Below are positions 1 through 9,729 of a DNA stretch of 64,000 bases, piece by piece. The first letter of the stretch is position 1; every line of letters starts with the position of its first letter. The DNA is taken from positions 1,646 to 65,645 of the IMG/VR virus record IMGVR_UViG_3300021256_002823. One strand, 5' to 3'. The notes under the pieces were generated by a model. The model worked only from the letters and a program-made list of their open reading frames with translations. It did no database searches and was not told the origin of the DNA. The position numbers and the translations under genes were made by a program. This DNA is from a virus. Lineage: Duplodnaviria; Caudoviricetes.

Positions 1-26
1 GAACTTCTCTTTTTTTCCGCTTCCAT
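1..26 (-). CDS. 5' end of an ORF running off the left edge (MEAEKKRS...)
   Basis: ATG at 26 preceded by AGAAAGGAAATAACT; too short to assign. Confidence 0.35.
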
Positions 27-96
27 AGTTATTTCCTTTCTAATTTGCTTCATCATCTCAGAAAGCATTTTAGTGAGACTGAATTATCTGTCGGAT

Positions 97-312
97 CTAT
101 TCGTCCTTATTGCCACTTGTTTTTCTCCAGTTCTTATACCGTCCACTCTTTATCCTGGTATCCTCCGGCTTTTGGGCTTCTTCTGGAATGGCCCAAACGC
201 CACCAAACTTTACTGCTCCAGCGATCTTATCTTCAGAACAAAGCGTCTGAACCCATCGTACAGAAACGTCCCACTTATCCGCTACTTCTTTTATTGTTAA
301 ATATCCCTTCAT
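97..312 (-). CDS. Small excisionase-like helix-turn-helix DNA-binding protein
   Basis: YLTIKEVADKWDVSVRWVQTLC...GAVKFGGVWAIP winged-HTH pattern; consensus promoter upstream. Confidence 0.75.
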   Translation of the reverse strand: MKGYLTIKEVADKWDVSVRWVQTLCSEDKIAGAVKFGGVWAIPEEAQKPEDTRIKSGRYKNWRKTSGNKDE

Positions 313-357
313 TTGGAAAGAACTCCATCTTTACATGTGTTTTCAGATATACCAACT

Positions 358-386
358 ATTATATGCGTCAAAACGCATTTTGTCAA
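358..386 (-). promoter_or_regulatory. Consensus sigma70 promoter with an operator-like palindrome in the spacer
   Basis: TTGACA-17 nt-TATAAT on the minus strand; ATGCGT-CAAA-ACGCAT inverted repeat at 363-378. Confidence 0.8.
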
Positions 387-464
387 TGTGATTGTGGCGT
401 CAGCTCACAAAAAAAGCCCTCGCGCATGATATTTGTCACACGCGAGGAAACAATCTTCATTTAT

Positions 465-2033
465 TCACTTTTCGACCTCTACCTTGATTCCCGCTTTGAA
501 TTCAACCTCGTAGTAATCGTCAAAAACGGTAATCCGCGCAATGTACTTCCGGACCATCTGCTCGTCATATTCTGTGAGCTCACGGTCCATTTCTGATAAG
601 AACGCGGTCATTTCTTTGATTCGTAGCTTCCGCCCTTCCTCTTCAGCCTTATCGATCAGCGCTCTCTGTTTCTGATCGCGGAGATCCTCAATGGCATCCG
701 CAATGTCGTCGTAGGGCTTTTTCTCCCGTGTCGCCTTCAGCAGCGCCTGCTGCTGAGCAGCAAGTTCTGCATTAATGCTTTTGAGCTCTTCCTCAGTCTC
801 GCTGCCGACCACCGTGTCCAGGATTCCCTTCAGAACTTCAAGCGTGGAGCCTGAGGTTTGCACTGCCTTGTTGATGGCGCGGACCGTAACCATCTGAAGA
901 TCCAACTCCTTGATCGTCTCGGCGTCACAGGCGGAAGGCCCATGCTCCACCCTCGTACAACAGCGCCATACAGTGGAGTGCTTTCCGCGGTTATTCCAAG
1001 CGATCCTACGGTAAATCTCTCCACACTTTGAGCAATAGACCAGACTCGACAATGCGTACTTGCTGCTGTAAACTCGCTTCTTCCGGTTTGCGCCGCTATG
1101 TAGGTTGGCTCGGCGAATCATCTCTTCCTGCACCCTCATAAAGATGTCCTTTGGAATGATGGCGTCGTGGCAGTTTTCAACGTAGTACTGCGGGACGATG
1201 CCGTTGTTCTTTACTCGGGTTTTCTCCATGAAATCCGTCGTGTAGGTCTTCTGCAGAAGAGCATCGCCCATGTACTTCTCGTTGCTAAGCATCTTATGAA
1301 TGGTCTCCGGTCTCCACTTCTTCTTGCCGGCGCCGGTTAATACTCCATCTGCTTCCAGGCCTCGTCCGATCTCCATCAGACTCTTTCCGCTGAGGTACTC
1401 CCGGAAAATGCGTCGAACGATCTCGGCCTCGGTCTCATCAATAATCAGGTGCCCATCCCTGTCCTTCGTGTAGCCCATAAAGCGATTGTGATTGACCTGG
1501 ACCTTTCCGCTCTGGTATCGGAACTGAATGCCCAGCTTCACATTTTGTGATAGCGATTGCGATTCTTGCTGCGCCAGCGAAGCCATGATGGTAAGAAGCA
1601 CCTCGCCCTTGGAATCCATCGAGTTGATGTTTTCCTTTTCGAAGAAAACAGGTATGTTCTTGTCTCGGAGCTGGCGGATATACTTCAGGCAGTCCAGCGT
1701 GTTTCGGGCAAACCTTGATATCGACTTTGTGATGACCATGTCGATGTTGCCGGCCATGCACTCGTCAATCATACGGTTGAACTCTTCACGCTTCTTTACG
1801 TTAGTTCCTGAAATGCCGTCGTCGGCAAAGATGCCAGCGAGCTTCCAGTCCGGATGTTTCTGAATGAACTCGGTATAGTGATTCACCTGAGCCGTATAAC
1901 TGGTTTCCTGTTCATCGGTGTCCGTGCTGACGCGGCAGTAGGCTGCCACTCTGAGTTTAGGCTGTTCCTCCTGTTTTTTGACCGTGTTACCGACACGCCT
2001 TTTCGCAGGAATGATGGTAACATTACTCTCCAT
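465..2033 (-). CDS. Large serine recombinase
   Basis: [11 protein letters not shown] catalytic motif, KSISRFARN, recombinase domain, CSKC...C zinc ribbon, coiled coil. Confidence 0.95.
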   Translation of the reverse strand: MESNVTIIPAKRRVGNTVKKQEEQPKLRVAAYCRVSTDTDEQETSYTAQVNHYTEFIQKHPDWKLAGIFADDGISGTNVKKREEFNRMIDECMAGNIDMVITKSISRFARNTLDCLKYIRQLRDKNIPVFFEKENINSMDSKGEVLLTIMASLAQQESQSLSQNVKLGIQFRYQSGKVQVNHNRFMGYTKDRDGHLIIDETEAEIVRRIFREYLSGKSLMEIGRGLEADGVLTGAGKKKWRPETIHKMLSNEKYMGDALLQKTYTTDFMEKTRVKNNGIVPQYYVENCHDAIIPKDIFMRVQEEMIRRANLHSGANRKKRVYSSKYALSSLVYCSKCGEIYRRIAWNNRGKHSTVWRCCTRVEHGPSACDAETIKELDLQMVTVRAINKAVQTSGSTLEVLKGILDTVVGSETEEELKSINAELAAQQQALLKATREKKPYDDIADAIEDLRDQKQRALIDKAEEEGRKLRIKEMTAFLSEMDRELTEYDEQMVRKYIARITVFDDYYEVEFKAGIKVEVEK

Positions 2034-2454
2034 CTTCTTCCTCCGTTTCTATCAAGCCATAAGCGAATACTGCCTGCTCATAAGGGTCCTTAAACTTATG
2101 AGGAACCTTGTCCAGCTTGAATGTGATTTTTTTCTGTTCCATAGTCTCGGAAGCATCTGAGTATTCGTAGATGCGGCCGAGGCTCTTTGCTTTCTCCAGG
2201 CGAAGCTGCTGAGCCTTTTCAAAGGTCGCCTCGTCGATCAGCGGCGGATAGTAATCGTCTCCCAAATATCGACGATTCTTCAGGATTCGGCCGATGCTGG
2301 AATGGTACCCAGTGATCCCTGCTTTTTCTGCAGCATTCTTTAAAGCAAGCCCGCTGATATAAGCTGCGAACAATGCTCTGACCTGTGCAGCACCGGCTTC
2401 ATCAATCTTCGCCTCGCCGTTTTCAATTCGGTATCCAAGTGGCGCTCGTCTCAT
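2023..2454 (-). CDS. Recombinase DNA-binding-domain-only protein
   Basis: PLGYRIENG...ILKNRRYLG...[14 protein letters not shown]; no catalytic domain; start 2454 overlaps the upstream stop (ATGA). Confidence 0.85.
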   Translation of the reverse strand: MRRAPLGYRIENGEAKIDEAGAAQVRALFAAYISGLALKNAAEKAGITGYHSSIGRILKNRRYLGDDYYPPLIDEATFEKAQQLRLEKAKSLGRIYEYSDASETMEQKKITFKLDKVPHKFKDPYEQAVFAYGLIETEEEDGE

Positions 2455-4016
2455 TCTCTCACCAGCCTTTCCTTCAAATTCAGACCGCACTTCAGTCGAA
2501 ATTCGATCTGCTCTCTTGATAGGACCAGGATGTCGTCCACAAAATCAGTGAAGACCTCCTCGTCAAATGCATCGAGATTATCTGTCCTGCCAGCAAAGCG
2601 CAGGAGCTTCTGTGCTTCATTGACGTGGGCAAGCGATCCATTAATGCTCTGTGAAAGTGTAGCCTTTTCTGACTGAAGCCTCTCCAGCTCCATCTGCAGT
2701 TCACTGGTTTCCTTAGCATAAACCGCAGGCTCCAGATAACCGCTTGTCATCAGGCCGGCAACAACCTGCCGCTGCTCATTGACCTTATCGATCTGTTCTT
2801 CCAGGGACTGAACACGTCGGAGCCTGTCCTTATCGTTTGTTCCGCGGAGCGCATCCACAAAGGGTTTCAGAATCTGTCTCTGTGAAAAGATCAGCTTATT
2901 CATCATCGTGACAAACGCTGCCTCGATCTCGCTCTGCTTGATGTACATCATCCCGCATGCGTTTTTGTCTTCCAGGTGGGTGCTGCAGGTCCAGGCGATG
3001 TAGGCCCCTGAAGGCTTATAATGAAACCTCCGCTTAAAGCTGGCACCGCAGTTGCCGCATTTGATCTTTCCCGAAAATACGTACCGCTTCTGGTACTTGC
3101 CCTTCTCTCCGTTGTTGCTCTTTTCCTTTCCGCGCTGGGCAAGGACCTGAGCTGTTCGTTCGAAGTCTTCGTGGCTGATGATCGGTTCGTGATGGTTTTT
3201 CACCAGATACTGATCGTATTCGCCGTAGTTGATGTGGCGGTTGAAGTTGCTGTCCGTGTAAGTCTTTTGGAAAATAACATCGCCGGTGTACTTCTCATTC
3301 GTCAGGATGCCCTTTACCGTTGACGCGGTCCAGTTGCCGTTCTTCTTCGTCGGAATGCCTCTGGCATTAAGATCCTTAGCTATCTTGTAAGATCCAATCC
3401 CGGCAAGGGAAGCTGCATAGATCTTTTTAACAATCTCAGCCTCTTCTGGAACAATGATCATCTTGCCATCTTCGTTTTTGTAACCATACGGCGGGTAGCC
3501 AATAATGAAGCTACCGTTTTTGAATCTGCGCTGGACGCTCCATCTCTCGTTTTCCGAAATGGAGGCCGACTCGCTTTCAGCAAGGCTTGAGAGGATTGTC
3601 AGCATGAGCTCCGATTCCATGCTTCCGGTATTCAGATCTTCCTTCTCAAAGTAAATGTAGATCCCGAGCCCCAAGAGCTTACGAACGATCTCCAGGCAGT
3701 CCGTTGTGTTACGAGCCAACCTTGAGATTGATTTGGTTATCACCAGATCAATTTTTCCAGCATCGCAGTCTGCCAGCATCCGAAGCAGGCTGTCCCTTTT
3801 CTCTTTCTTTGTTCCTGAAATGCCCTCGTCGTAGTAGAGCCCTGCATACTCCCATCCCGGATTCTGTTTGATGTAGGTTTCATAATGATCCTTTTGTGTA
3901 GCAAGGCTGACAAGCTGTTCTTCGCTGTCCGTAGACACCCTGGCATAGGCTGCAACCCGGATTTTCTTTTTTAGCTCCGGCGCATTTACGCCTTCAATTT
4001 TTGTTATCCTTGTCAT
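2451..4016 (-). CDS. Large serine recombinase
   Basis: RVAAYARVSTD, KSISRLARN, CGNC zinc ribbon; start after GGAGGTGAG. Confidence 0.95.
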   Translation of the reverse strand: MTRITKIEGVNAPELKKKIRVAAYARVSTDSEEQLVSLATQKDHYETYIKQNPGWEYAGLYYDEGISGTKKEKRDSLLRMLADCDAGKIDLVITKSISRLARNTTDCLEIVRKLLGLGIYIYFEKEDLNTGSMESELMLTILSSLAESESASISENERWSVQRRFKNGSFIIGYPPYGYKNEDGKMIIVPEEAEIVKKIYAASLAGIGSYKIAKDLNARGIPTKKNGNWTASTVKGILTNEKYTGDVIFQKTYTDSNFNRHINYGEYDQYLVKNHHEPIISHEDFERTAQVLAQRGKEKSNNGEKGKYQKRYVFSGKIKCGNCGASFKRRFHYKPSGAYIAWTCSTHLEDKNACGMMYIKQSEIEAAFVTMMNKLIFSQRQILKPFVDALRGTNDKDRLRRVQSLEEQIDKVNEQRQVVAGLMTSGYLEPAVYAKETSELQMELERLQSEKATLSQSINGSLAHVNEAQKLLRFAGRTDNLDAFDEEVFTDFVDDILVLSREQIEFRLKCGLNLKERLVRE

Positions 4017-4077
4017 CAACTCACCTCCTTCCAAGGTAGTGACATGTTCGCTCTAAACCAGACACATAGCCAGTTAT

Positions 4078-4320
4078 TTATGGCAATAACTCCGCCATAT
4101 ATGGGGAGAATTTTTCACGATTTATTGCGGAGATTTTGTCGAATTCACTCCGTGTGATAAGGCCATTATCCAGGAGTGCCTGCGTCATTTTCTGCGCCAT
4201 CATATAGTCAAAATCTTTCTGCATCGCTTCCTTCGTCATGTGCCGAGGCTCAACCATCGGCAGAGAAGAAGAAGTCACTTCTTTTACAGTGCCCTCCTGG
4301 GCAATATTGCTGTTCGTCAT
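4078..4320 (-). CDS. Small SHOCT-like protein preceding the recombinase cluster
   Basis: LLDNGLITRSEFDKI motif; AAGGAGG RBS. Confidence 0.65.
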   Translation of the reverse strand: MTNSNIAQEGTVKEVTSSSLPMVEPRHMTKEAMQKDFDYMMAQKMTQALLDNGLITRSEFDKISAINREKFSPYMAELLP

Positions 4321-4347
4321 GAGAGCCTCCTTACTGTGAAACTGTTT

Positions 4348-4386
4348 CTCTAACTTCCTAAGGGGTTCCCGTAGACATTTTTCCGG
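4348..4386 (-). promoter_or_regulatory. Bipartite element-specific motif CCGGAAAA-N15-CCTTAGGAAGTTAG, copy 1
   Basis: Same motif and 15-nt spacing at 41807, 41930 and 42018; directly upstream of the SHOCT/recombinase genes. Confidence 0.7.
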
Positions 4387-4405
4387 CTACGAACAGTTTT
4401 TTATT

Positions 4406-4442
4406 AAAAAAAAGAAGGCCCGCAGGATTTCTCCCACGAGCC
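4406..4442 (-). terminator. Intrinsic terminator after the endolysin
   Basis: GGCTCGTGGG...CCTGCGGGCC stem followed by TTCTTTTTTTT. Confidence 0.7.
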
Positions 4443-4453
4443 ACATAGCCCTG

Positions 4454-5920
4454 TTATTTCACACGGATTTTCCATCCGGTGATAATAAGATTTATGTTTT
4501 TGATCAGCGAACTATTCAGCTTCTGGATCGAAGAAACAGAAGTTCCATATCTCTTAGCAATGGCAGAAAGTGTATCTCCCGATCTCACAGTATAGAAGAC
4601 CGCCTCTGATGGAGTTCTTTCCTTCAGGATTTCGTTGACCCTTGCCTGGACCACTGAATAATCGTAGCCCGCTGCCGTGAGTCGCTTCTTGCGATCTTCG
4701 CCGTTGCCCCATTTCCCGTCAATGACCTCCTTTGCCAACTCCTCCACGGTCATGGTCGGAGTCGGTGTCGGCGTAGGAGATGGAGTCACACCATCCTTGT
4801 ACTTCGGCACGCCATACCCACGGATATAGCGACCGTTCACCTGGAGCGTGCGTCTTTTGACCGCGTTACTGCAGTTGCCCTCGATCACCGTGATGGAGGA
4901 ACCGGTGACAACTTCTACGATGCCGACGTGGTCCGAGTAGCCGGTATTATCGCCGCTGCCGGAATCCTGCCAGTCATAGAAGATCACATCACCCGGCGCC
5001 GGAATGTAGGCGTCGTTCTCAACCCACTCTCCGAGCTTCCTGAAGAGTTTGACCATCTCCTCGCAACCACACTCGGTCGGGAGGATGTCCGTTACTCCGC
5101 ACTTGATGGCGACCGCTGATACGAAGGTCGCGCACCAGGCATCCGTGTACTTCATCGCATATCCACGGGCCAGCGGCTTGTGGGCGTTATAGGTGTCGAT
5201 GATGACCTTATGGCTTCCATCCGATTCCTTCCGTCCCAACCACATCCTGGCCTGATCGACCACCGCGTCCCTCTGAGAAGATGTTTTGCTGTTCGGAGCT
5301 TCTTTCTTCGGATAACCGTTGAAGCCTCCGTTCTTAATCACCGTAGGAAAGTCCTGATAAGACCTATCGAGGTCCACGTTTCCGGAAATGCCGGGCACCG
5401 AGCCTTTAGAGCTATACTGCCAAATACCACAGGCGCCAGAGAAGCTGCAGCTCTTTGCCCACTGAGCGCACCAGAATGTATAGCGTTTCCTGACTTCATC
5501 CGTCACCAGAGTGCTTGCGTGTGATGCCGAGGTGTAGAAACCAGCAAAGTATCCGGCCGCCTCCATCTGGTTGCAGAAGGCCGTAATCAGACCCGAGCAG
5601 AATTCCTTCCCGGCATCGAGCTGCTTACGTTCCTCAATATCAAAGTAGACCGGGTAATCAAACTGCTTACCCTTCAACGCAGTAATGAAGGCTTTCGCCT
5701 CCTGCTCCACTTCCTTAATGCTGTCAGCGTAGCTATACCAGTAAGAGCCGACGTGCAGACCAGCCGCCTTGGCTCGGCTGTAGTTCTGCTCGAAGCACTT
5801 GTCCTTTCCGGACGTGCCGTAGCCTGCCCGGATGATGACGAAGTCTATTCCGGACTCCTTCACCTTATTAAAATCGATCTCGCCCTGCCAGACAGATACA
5901 TCAATTCCTTTCACTGCCAT
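4454..5920 (-). CDS. Modular endolysin: GH25 muramidase, CHAP, Cpl-7-like repeat, LysM
   Basis: [16 protein letters not shown]; WCATFVS...HVGIV; [14 protein letters not shown]; [13 protein letters not shown]. Confidence 0.92.
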   Translation of the reverse strand: MAVKGIDVSVWQGEIDFNKVKESGIDFVIIRAGYGTSGKDKCFEQNYSRAKAAGLHVGSYWYSYADSIKEVEQEAKAFITALKGKQFDYPVYFDIEERKQLDAGKEFCSGLITAFCNQMEAAGYFAGFYTSASHASTLVTDEVRKRYTFWCAQWAKSCSFSGACGIWQYSSKGSVPGISGNVDLDRSYQDFPTVIKNGGFNGYPKKEAPNSKTSSQRDAVVDQARMWLGRKESDGSHKVIIDTYNAHKPLARGYAMKYTDAWCATFVSAVAIKCGVTDILPTECGCEEMVKLFRKLGEWVENDAYIPAPGDVIFYDWQDSGSGDNTGYSDHVGIVEVVTGSSITVIEGNCSNAVKRRTLQVNGRYIRGYGVPKYKDGVTPSPTPTPTPTMTVEELAKEVIDGKWGNGEDRKKRLTAAGYDYSVVQARVNEILKERTPSEAVFYTVRSGDTLSAIAKRYGTSVSSIQKLNSSLIKNINLIITGWKIRVK

Positions 5921-5921
5921 A

Positions 5922-6335
5922 TTACTTATCCTCCTTGCCGTCGCGATCGTGGAGCTGTTCTAAGACATCTTTCAACTTGTCCGGAACCGGAAGCCCCAGA
6001 TGTACACTGTTCTCAATGAGGGAGAGGCCCTCGTTCGAGATGTAGAAAAAGATCACCGCTGTCCGCAGCACTCCTGCATGTTCAAGCACGTATAGATCCA
6101 GCGCGTTTGCAATGCCGATCAGAATAAAGATCAGCACCTTGCGAGCGATTCCTTTAAAACCCACCGCAGAAGACAGCTTCTTGTCGCTGACCGCGCAGAG
6201 CACCCCGGTGATGTAGTCACTGACCACAAACAGGAGCAGTGCATAAAGCAGCCCATCGCAGCCGCCGAGGAACCAGCCGATCCAGCCTCCCACAGCGGCA
6301 AAGATGAGTTGAATAGAATTCCAGAACTCTCTCAT
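5922..6335 (-). CDS. Phage holin
   Basis: Hydrophobic segments, DYITG and NEGLSLIEN motifs; adjacent to the endolysin. Confidence 0.9.
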   Translation of the reverse strand: MREFWNSIQLIFAAVGGWIGWFLGGCDGLLYALLLFVVSDYITGVLCAVSDKKLSSAVGFKGIARKVLIFILIGIANALDLYVLEHAGVLRTAVIFFYISNEGLSLIENSVHLGLPVPDKLKDVLEQLHDRDGKEDK

Positions 6336-6395
6336 AATCCTTGTCCTCCTTATGCAAAATGAAAGAGCCGCCGTAGCGACTCATGTGTATCCGTA

Positions 6396-6950
6396 TTATT
6401 CGTCTATCAGATCAGGCAGCCTGAACAAGTAGGTCTTCAGACCAGCAGTCCCGGCATTATCCTTTGTGACTGTGATAAAGCCATCCGCTGTCGGCTTGTA
6501 GACCACGTAGGAATATGCTGCCGGATTACTCACATTGGAGATGGCCTTCCCGATGATGTTCTTCTCAGCCACAGAGGTATCTTCTTCAGAAAACATGCTG
6601 CGGAAGCGGCTTCCAACAATGCTGCCAATCATCAGAAGATATACCGTGCCAGCTTGCACCTTATAGACGTCGGAATAGTTGACGGTATCACCGCCCAGGT
6701 TCCATGTACCTGACGCCACATAGCCACCCGTCATGTCGAAAACATATGGGACCAGCGGCTCCGTTTTTGAAGGCACCTCTACCGTTACCCCATAGTAGCC
6801 ATCTGCGCGATCATCCGCTGCCCGGTAGATTCCGTTTTCGCTGATGGTCTTTGGAATCAGCACGGCTCCGGGACCTACTCTTGGCATAACTGAAAGCCTG
6901 CCGGTAAGCTGCCGTCTTTGAGATAGACGGCCTGTCAGTTTTCCATCCAT
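6396..6950 (-). CDS. Hypothetical tail-region protein
   Basis: 185-aa ORF coupled to the upstream gene in the tail operon. Confidence 0.6.
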   Translation of the reverse strand: MDGKLTGRLSQRRQLTGRLSVMPRVGPGAVLIPKTISENGIYRAADDRADGYYGVTVEVPSKTEPLVPYVFDMTGGYVASGTWNLGGDTVNYSDVYKVQAGTVYLLMIGSIVGSRFRSMFSEEDTSVAEKNIIGKAISNVSNPAAYSYVVYKPTADGFITVTKDNAGTAGLKTYLFRLPDLIDE

Positions 6951-7285
6951 CACTCTACCTCCTCCGTCACAATAAACCTGGCACGGTCGATAAAGGTGTC
7001 TACCGTCCCATCCTCCATTGTGATCTGGATATCGTAGACATAAGGAACTCCACCGGCAGCGAGCAGTTTCGTCTCTGCTGCCTCCAAGCGCAGGTTCATG
7101 CTGGTATGAGGAACCTCCTTCACAAGCAGAGGCTCCCGGTCGGTGTATTTCTGCTTCAGGGCAAAGCGGATCACATCCCCGGCCTGCACAGGATAGATGC
7201 TGCCATCCGGGAGTAGTATTTCGATCAGAAGGTCCAGCGTATCTCCCTTCGTGATCGTGATGGTAGTTCCGTTGATATTAACCAT
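6950..7285 (-). CDS. BppU-like baseplate small protein
   Basis: ITITKGDTLDL...YVYDIQI pattern; start after GGAGG. Confidence 0.6.
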   Translation of the reverse strand: MVNINGTTITITKGDTLDLLIEILLPDGSIYPVQAGDVIRFALKQKYTDREPLLVKEVPHTSMNLRLEAAETKLLAAGGVPYVYDIQITMEDGTVDTFIDRARFIVTEEVE

Positions 7286-8093
7286 TGCCGTTGCCTCCTT
7301 CCTGTGGTATGCGTTCCTCCAAAACACGGATACGCTGCTCCAAAGTCTCGGTATAATTCTCCAGCTCCTGATACCGCTGATCAGCATCACGTTCTGCTGC
7401 GGTGAGCTCCGATTTCATGTAGTAAGGCCGCTGGAAAGTTGCCGACTTCCCGATGAGTGACAGCGTGATCACATTACTGTCCCTGGACAGTAGCTGACCT
7501 TCTTTGCCGTAACCGATAGCAAAGCATTTATATTCGCCGGTGATGCTTGGCGCCGGGCATGTCACTTCCAAATCGTAAGTGATGTGATCCTCCATATAAA
7601 TGCCGCTCTGCATCACGATCCGATAGCAGGCGTACTTCGGTTTCTCCGGAGGCGTAATTGTAAAGGTCACCGTTCCATCCGCGTTCACCGCAGCAGCGAT
7701 CGTCGGTGCCTCATTCTTCGATCTCTTCTTATTGACCGGAGCAACGATGCGAGTGATGTTCCGGTGCATCAGCTTGTAGAAAGCTATGGCACCTACATCT
7801 GGGAAAGCCTTCACGCCCAGGCGCTCGATCCTGTTTCCGCAGATCCGCTGGTCTGGTTCATTCCACACCACCTCGTCGTAGTCGTGATAGGAATAGCTGC
7901 GACTGCTCTTGTCATACACACCGACCGCATAAGTGTTCTTATCGCCCTCAGTTTCGTTCTCCGGATCGATGTAATACTGAACCAGCTCCCCATCACTCGA
8001 TTCATGAATGATGGAGAGCTGGGATACGACCTTCGGTTCCGGGTTATGCTCGTAATCCGTAAGGTCAATCATTTTCTCGATGGTAAGCGCCAT
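7278..8093 (-). CDS. Hypothetical tail protein with C-terminal coiled coil
   Basis: 271-aa ORF, GGAGGTG RBS, tail operon context. Confidence 0.65.
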   Translation of the reverse strand: MALTIEKMIDLTDYEHNPEPKVVSQLSIIHESSDGELVQYYIDPENETEGDKNTYAVGVYDKSSRSYSYHDYDEVVWNEPDQRICGNRIERLGVKAFPDVGAIAFYKLMHRNITRIVAPVNKKRSKNEAPTIAAAVNADGTVTFTITPPEKPKYACYRIVMQSGIYMEDHITYDLEVTCPAPSITGEYKCFAIGYGKEGQLLSRDSNVITLSLIGKSATFQRPYYMKSELTAAERDADQRYQELENYTETLEQRIRVLEERIPQEGGNGNG

Positions 8094-8104
8094 ACTGCAC
8101 CTCC

Positions 8105-9715
8105 TTAGATTTCAAAGGTAGGATTGCAGTCAATGATGAAGTTCTCGTTCTTCATCGGGCAGTCCACAGTCGCATCCATCTTGATGACTGCATTCTCCGC
8201 TGGTGCTGTCCGGAAGACGATCGGAGTTTGATTGCCGTAGGCTATGATGGAGTCATATCCACCCGCCGCAAACAAAATGCCCGTGATCCTGGACGAGATC
8301 GTAAAGCGCCAATAGCGAGCAGTGATTGCCTCATCAAAGGTGATGTCCGCCACGTTGCTGGAATTAATCGTAACCGTTCCAGCCTGCTGCCATACCGTAT
8401 TGTCTTCGGAATACTCGATGGTCCATACAGCACCTGACCAGTTTGAGTTATAGGAAGCACCGCTGCTCGAAATGCTGATATAAGCGATGAAGTTGGCAAG
8501 CCTGAAGCGTTTGATAGCTTTGACACCGTCCTCGGGAAACGCATAGGTCAGCGTTGGCTGAGAGGCCATCCACTTCGCGGTTCGCCAGGCACCATTGCGT
8601 CTCGGCCCTCTTCCGACGATCGGTGTAATGACGTTCTGCGGTGCCGTTGTGAACTCCCCGATGTATTCCATGTTCTGGAGAATGGAACACTCCGCAAGGC
8701 CCTGCGCATTTGCATCATGGCTGCAGGAATAATCGACCCCGCGGACCTGCTGTGCGTCGTTGACGTAGATCACTTCTGAGTTCTCCACCCACTCAGCGAT
8801 CGGTGCAGGAAATTCTGTCCGGACTCCATCACCGGTTCCCACACCCATACCGGCGAGTAGCTTGGGCTGTATGACGTTCGCATTTGGAAGTTTCCAATAT
8901 CCGAGAATAAGATTCTCAGAATTATACCCAATGCCGATGGCCTTGATATAGCGCTGCGAAGGAATCGTAGTCTGCGGAAGCCTGGCGCCGTTTGTCACCA
9001 GCTCGTGATTGTTACTCGCATAGGTCTTTGAAATATCCAGTGTAGCCAGAGTGATATTGAATCCGCTATCCTCCATCCTTCCAAGGAAGTACAGACGGTT
9101 ATAAAGCCCAAGTGTGAAAATAGGCGCCCAGCCGGAACCACTCCTGGCTCCGAAGTTAATGTAATTTTCTGGCAGCCATTTGAAGTCCTCCGTGTCCTGA
9201 AGGATGAATTCAAAAATGACATCCACATACAGAGCCTCCAGGTCTGTCTTTGTGATCGTGATGGGATTTCCTTCGGTATCCAAAATCAATGCACGCGTCG
9301 CCAGCCCCATCGCCGAATAACCCTGGCCCGTGATAATCTCCACACCGACCTCAGATACCGTTCCTACATGCGCCGAATCCGCATTGATCTTGAAGGTGTA
9401 CTTGTGACAGACATGCCGATCTTCATTGAGGTATTTTTCCCATGCCGTGCAGTTGCTATCGTTCCATCCATAGGTCCACAGCGGGCTTTCCAAAGCCGTA
9501 TCACTGCCGGAAGGCTCCCTGGTACCTGTTCCAAACCAGACAGAATGAATACAACTTGTAGGTGACTGGCTATTGCTGCCCATGTATCTGCCGATCACAG
9601 CATTGTAAAACTGCTGTAACGGAACGTTGTGGAAGCGAGCCACCTCTGTTTCTTTTCCGGAGGCATCCACTTTCCGGATCGTGTATTGATTCTTACATTT
9701 AATACTCGGTATCAT
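8105..9715 (-). CDS. Tail fibre / receptor-binding-like protein with a discoidin (F5/8)-like domain
   Basis: WTIEYSEDNTVWQQAG...ITARYWRFTI motif; position after the large tail protein. Confidence 0.6.
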   Translation of the reverse strand: MIPSIKCKNQYTIRKVDASGKETEVARFHNVPLQQFYNAVIGRYMGSNSQSPTSCIHSVWFGTGTREPSGSDTALESPLWTYGWNDSNCTAWEKYLNEDRHVCHKYTFKINADSAHVGTVSEVGVEIITGQGYSAMGLATRALILDTEGNPITITKTDLEALYVDVIFEFILQDTEDFKWLPENYINFGARSGSGWAPIFTLGLYNRLYFLGRMEDSGFNITLATLDISKTYASNNHELVTNGARLPQTTIPSQRYIKAIGIGYNSENLILGYWKLPNANVIQPKLLAGMGVGTGDGVRTEFPAPIAEWVENSEVIYVNDAQQVRGVDYSCSHDANAQGLAECSILQNMEYIGEFTTAPQNVITPIVGRGPRRNGAWRTAKWMASQPTLTYAFPEDGVKAIKRFRLANFIAYISISSSGASYNSNWSGAVWTIEYSEDNTVWQQAGTVTINSSNVADITFDEAITARYWRFTISSRITGILFAAGGYDSIIAYGNQTPIVFRTAPAENAVIKMDATVDCPMKNENFIIDCNPTFEI

Positions 9716-9729
9716 CTTTCATAACCTCC

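Noticed and set aside
45-596. 183-aa plus-strand ORF
   Set aside because: Overlaps the HTH gene, its promoter and the recombinase end on the opposite strand
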